Source: Candidatus Blautia faecigallinarum (GTDB lineage Bacteria > Bacillota > Clostridia > Lachnospirales > Lachnospiraceae). Taken from it: 64,000 bases of DNA. Shown here piece by piece: positions 60,074 through 64,000 of this stretch; the first letter of the stretch is position 1, and every line of letters begins with the position of its first letter. The stretch spans positions 2,930-66,929 of the forward strand of contig DXBU01000017.1 in NCBI GenBank assembly GCA_019116385.1, read 5' to 3'. A program made the position numbers and the translations under genes. Under the pieces are notes generated by a model. The model saw only the letters and a list, made by a program, of their open reading frames with translations. It ran no database searches and was not told where the DNA came from.

Positions 60074-61120
60074 ATGGCAAAACCATCATCTGGGAAACAG
60101 ACAAAGGTTTCAAGATGGAAAAATATATCCGATACCAATCTGCTGCTGACTATTACGATCGTGGTATTCTTCGTAATGTATATCGGAGCGATGGTATTTT
60201 TGGGCGAAGGCTTTTTGAAACCGCAGACATTTTTTAATATTTTAAATGCCAATGCCGCTCTGATCATTACATCCTGCGGGCTCAGCCTGGTAATGATCAC
60301 CGGAGGGATCGATATTTCCGTAGGCGGCGTGGTGGCGCTGGTAAGTATGTGCTGCGCTGTGTATCTGGATTACCATGACGGAAATGTGGCGGTGGCTGCC
60401 CTGATCGCTCTGGCGATCGGTCTGGCCTTTGGCCTGGTGCAGGGCTTCCTGGTAGCTTATCTGGACATTCAGCCCTTTATCGTGACTTTGGCGGGAATGT
60501 TCTTTGCCAGAGGCATGACGACGATCGTACATACCAATCCATTTAATGTTGCAAATGAAGAATTTGTGGCAGTAAAAATGACCCGTATCAATGTACCGGG
60601 GATGGGTTCGGTAAACAAGCTGGGGAAATATGTGAACGCCTATGTGGAGATCGGTGTGATCGTGGCGATCCTGGTAGTGATCGCACTGTTCCTCATACTC
60701 CGTTGGACAAAATTCGGGCGGGGCTTTTATGCGGTAGGCGGCAACAGGCAAAGCGCTCTGATGCTGGGCATCAATGTAAAACGCCAGAGATTTTTGGCAC
60801 AGCTTTTGTGCGGACTTTTGGCCGGGATCGCGGGATTTGTCTATTTCCTTCATGTAGGCTCCGGATCGGCGTCGCATGCCAGCGGCATGGAGATGAACGC
60901 TATAGCCTCATCTATCATCGGAGGAACACTTCTCACCGGCGGTGTGGGAAATATTATCGGTACCTTCTTTGGGGTGCTTTCCCTGAGCACGATCCAGAAT
61001 ATTGTTTCTTCTGTAGGCCTTGACCAGGCCTGGTGGACAGGGATCACCATTGCGGCAATGCTTTGCCTGTTCCTGGTGATCCAGAGCGTGGTGATGGCGC
61101 GGAAGAACCGGCTGTCGTAA
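60074..61120 (+). CDS. Monosaccharide ABC transporter permease (YjfF-like)
   Basis: GGIDISVG, IQPFIVTLAGMF and IIGGTLLTGGVG. Confidence 0.9.
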   Translation: MAKPSSGKQTKVSRWKNISDTNLLLTITIVVFFVMYIGAMVFLGEGFLKPQTFFNILNANAALIITSCGLSLVMITGGIDISVGGVVALVSMCCAVYLDYHDGNVAVAALIALAIGLAFGLVQGFLVAYLDIQPFIVTLAGMFFARGMTTIVHTNPFNVANEEFVAVKMTRINVPGMGSVNKLGKYVNAYVEIGVIVAILVVIALFLILRWTKFGRGFYAVGGNRQSALMLGINVKRQRFLAQLLCGLLAGIAGFVYFLHVGSGSASHASGMEMNAIASSIIGGTLLTGGVGNIIGTFFGVLSLSTIQNIVSSVGLDQAWWTGITIAAMLCLFLVIQSVVMARKNRLS

Positions 61121-61138
61121 ATAGTAAAAAATGTATAG

Positions 61139-61168
61139 AAAAAAGGGGCTGCCGGGACAGCCCCTTTT
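61139..61168. terminator. Bidirectional terminator
   Basis: aaaaggggctg-ccggga-cagcccctttt. Confidence 0.8.
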
Positions 61169-62741
61169 ATACTACTGCTTCGATAAGAAGCTTATCTCCC
61201 ACCTGGATTTCCTTCACTCCAATCTCTTTTTTCTTGTTGAAATTAAAACTCAGCATATATCCCACATTTAAATGATAATAGTCCAGATAACCCTTTAATT
61301 GGTTCTCGTCTCGTTCATTGTATGCATTTCCATGCCATACCTTCATCTCGATCACATATTGCTCTCCCAAATAATCAATGATCAAGTCTGTACGTTCCTG
61401 ATTTCTTGTACGTGCTTCTGCATAATAGTTGCCGGTTCCATTAATGATCGGTTTCAAATAGAGCATAAAATAGCGTCTGCCGTCTTCTTCGACAAATTTC
61501 ATATCCCGATCGCCATAAATATCATCAAAATGTTTAACAAATTTTTCCAGCAGCAGTTTCATATCCAGCCGCCCCTTTTGTATAAACTGATTTTTATTTC
61601 CAAGGGCAAATTTGTACATTTCCCCGTTCTGGACTTCGGGAAGAGTCAGAAAATAATTATACAAACGTGTCTCGAAAATTCTATTTGCAATCTGTACAGT
61701 GGCATTTTCAATTTTAATAAATCCAAACATGAGAAGCATATCCGTGGACGGATCGTCCGCATTATAAGTTATTGCCCTGCCTTGGAATAACAGCAGGTAA
61801 ATCATCTTTTTTAATTCCGGATAATCATTCAGTTTGCCGATCAAAGATTCAAACAAAGTATTTTTTTCAGCAAGCAGCCATTTTACCGCTTCCATTACTC
61901 CCTGCCTTGTCCAGATTTCTTTGATTTCCTTCTTGTCAGAAAGCTTCTCATCCATGATCTTGCACAGACGTGATACCAAAAATGGATATCCTGACGTATA
62001 TTCATATAATAATCCTGCAATTTCATTGATATCCATTCCCGTAGAATGATCGTTTTCAAACTGAATAAGCATCCCGGAAATGTCTTCCGCTGTGAACCCC
62101 ATATGAATATCGAAATCTGCAGCAATATTCCAGGGGTTATTCTGTTTGTGTTCCTCTTCCGGACGTATACGCCTTCTAATGTTGCGTACATCATATACCC
62201 CAGCGAGAATTACGGATTGAAACGTCCGTACTTTTCTTCTTTTTAAATAGTAGGCGCGGATCTGTGCCAGAAAATCTATAAACACTTGGTTATTTGAAGC
62301 AGTATCCACTTCATCGATGATCAAAACTACTTTCTTTTCAGACTCTTCACACAGTTTCAGTAAAGCTTTAAATAGTACTGAAAGAGTTGCCTGAGGAACA
62401 TTCCCTGTTGCATACCATTTAAGTTCTTTCTCTACCTCATACGATATATCTTCCGCGCAGTCCAGTATTTCCCGGGAAAAGGCGGCAACAAATCTCTGTT
62501 CACACTCGAAATCTGCATAACTGATCGTTTGAAAGTCCAGGCTGATAACCTGATACTCCTGTTTCAGATAGTCTGCAAGAGCGGCAAGTACGGTAGTCTT
62601 TCCGTATTGTCTGGCTCTATTTATAGAAAAATATTTTTCTTCGTCTACCATCTTTTTAATCGCTTTGATCCGGCTTGACAGATCGACCATATAATTAAGC
62701 TCCGGGTCACAGCAGCCATTCGTATTGAATATTTTTGCCAT
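61167..62741 (-). CDS. AAA-like ATPase with C-terminal PD-(D/E)XK nuclease-like domain
   Basis: Start after ggaggagg. Walker A RARQYGKTT, Walker B IIDEVD, C-terminal RTDLIID...VIEMK. AT-rich relative to neighbours. Confidence 0.85.
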   Translation of the reverse strand: MAKIFNTNGCCDPELNYMVDLSSRIKAIKKMVDEEKYFSINRARQYGKTTVLAALADYLKQEYQVISLDFQTISYADFECEQRFVAAFSREILDCAEDISYEVEKELKWYATGNVPQATLSVLFKALLKLCEESEKKVVLIIDEVDTASNNQVFIDFLAQIRAYYLKRRKVRTFQSVILAGVYDVRNIRRRIRPEEEHKQNNPWNIAADFDIHMGFTAEDISGMLIQFENDHSTGMDINEIAGLLYEYTSGYPFLVSRLCKIMDEKLSDKKEIKEIWTRQGVMEAVKWLLAEKNTLFESLIGKLNDYPELKKMIYLLLFQGRAITYNADDPSTDMLLMFGFIKIENATVQIANRIFETRLYNYFLTLPEVQNGEMYKFALGNKNQFIQKGRLDMKLLLEKFVKHFDDIYGDRDMKFVEEDGRRYFMLYLKPIINGTGNYYAEARTRNQERTDLIIDYLGEQYVIEMKVWHGNAYNERDENQLKGYLDYYHLNVGYMLSFNFNKKKEIGVKEIQVGDKLLIEAVV

Positions 62742-62873
62742 ATGTTCCTCCTCCCCTACTTTTGTCATCTTGTCTATTGTTTATTATATGGTGTCTTTTT
62801 AGTATTGAGAAGAGATTTTCTCTATTCGTTTAAAAATCTTATGTATTTCTTCTTCAGGACGGCCCTGCTGTGA

Positions 62874-63803
62874 TCAGGTTTGTTTGAGAACCAGCGTCCG
62901 TGTTTTGTCCAAAAAGAAGGGACGGTAATATCCTGTGGTATCTGAAAGGGGAAGAACTTCATCATGAAGGTTCAGGCGTAGTACCTCCCTCATATAAGTT
63001 CTCCGCCGTACAAAACGCTGCCATAGGATCGGGTATTTTTCTTTAATGTCAGCGCGAAGCCTGGCGTCTGCCAAAGCGATCCCATTTTCAGCACCTGCAC
63101 CGCCATAACCATTTATGGAAGGAATAATGTCAAGCTGCAGGATCATTCCGCTTTTTAGCTGAATTTGCGAATTTTTGTAAATCGGAGAACAAAGCCATTC
63201 TTCTTCTGCACATAAGTGCCCCGGGTTTAAATACCAGTGGTAGACTTCCTGGGGCAAAACTCTTTTAATAATGTCATATAACTCTCCGCCGGACATACCA
63301 ATATGGATCTGCTCCAGCCAGGCGGCCGCAGCTGCGTAATAAGGTTTGGCCAGCCGCTCTAAATAATTATTTACCTTATCCGGCAGCTGGGAGTGATCTT
63401 TTACCACATATCCGGCTCTGGAAGTAAGACCGCCGGAAAATCCACTGGTGACCGACATTTTATCTCCTATTTGTATTTTTCTGTTAGAGGGATAGAGATT
63501 TGCGTTGTTCAGTGCTCTTGCACCGATATCAGGAGAAATCCAGATATCGGTGCAGTTTTCCGGAAGTGTAACAGTGAAATGCAAAGAGGCGTTTTCAATC
63601 TTGTCCAGCAGAGCGTCCAGACGTTCACTGGCGAGGGCGATATTCTGTTTAAGATTATTCTGCGTTTCATTTTTCAGCAGCCGGTTGCTTACCGCACCAA
63701 TACCCAGAGCGATCCCTGCAATGGCGAGAAGGTGGAGGAGTGCATATACAATATTGATCCGCATACGGAAGGAAGCACGACTTAGAATGGGCTTTAATTT
63801 CAT
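62874..63803 (-). pseudogene. Chimeric ORF: sensor-kinase-like N-terminus fused in frame to the C-terminal half of an M24/Xaa-Pro peptidase-like protein
   Basis: Residues ~1-85 have a basic N-terminus, one TM helix and LDALLDKIENAS. The rest (NANLYP, GGLTSRAGY, LNPGHL, EEW, LQLDIIP, ENGIALAD) recalls an M24-fold family lacking its N-terminal half. Confidence 0.55.
63519..63554 (+). repeat. Near-perfect hairpin at the chimera junction
   Basis: TGCACCGATATC-A-GGA-GAAA-TCC-A-GATATCGGTGCA: perfect 12-bp arms, one A/A mismatch, 3 more pairs and a GAAA loop. Confidence 0.85.
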
Positions 63804-64000
63804 AAGGTTCTCCTGAAAATCTATAGGAAGCAGAAGACGGGATTTTCACTTTGCTTCCTAATATATAGTATAATTTTCTCCATCATAAAATATATTTAAC
63901 CAATTTTCAATAAAACTTAGGGAGATGGACAAAAAAATACAAAATAGCAAGAAAATACATAAAAATTATTCCGGTGATAAAAGTATGGCATGACAAGAAA

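Overview
A roughly 50% GC Firmicutes (Lachnospiraceae-like, inferred from RBS/promoter style and gene content) chromosomal segment with no rRNA, tRNA, CRISPR array, integrase or transposase. In order: the 3' part of tuf; an unannotated candidate type I toxin-antitoxin locus (32-aa hydrophobic peptide plus convergent ~90-nt RNA); a Gfo/Idh/MocA oxidoreductase with an atypical shikimate-dehydrogenase paralog; putP; two MATE transporters around a cell-wall amidase; pstSCAB-phoU-phoR with no response regulator; a ~16-kb nucleoside uptake and salvage cluster (two amidohydrolases, AzoR-like reductase, Crp/Fnr regulator, udp, DMT pair, ADP-ribosylglycohydrolase, BMP-type ABC importer, nucleoside hydrolase, PfkB kinase, deoB, deoD); a GH42 beta-galactosidase; a membrane protein/XRE pair; an AAA+DUF4143 ATPase-nuclease with a 23-bp tandem repeat array across its promoter; a MarR-controlled ABC exporter; an FtsX-type ABC transporter with a LytTR/GHKL two-component system; NCS2 permease; macrodomain protein; a CorC/HlyC protein with a candidate leader peptide and attenuator; a three-component sugar sensor with an AraR-like repressor and monosaccharide ABC importer; an AT-rich AAA/PD-(D/E)XK gene; and an in-frame chimeric ORF whose junction carries a near-perfect GAAA-tetraloop hairpin. 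Family assignments come from recognised motifs only; no database searches were run.
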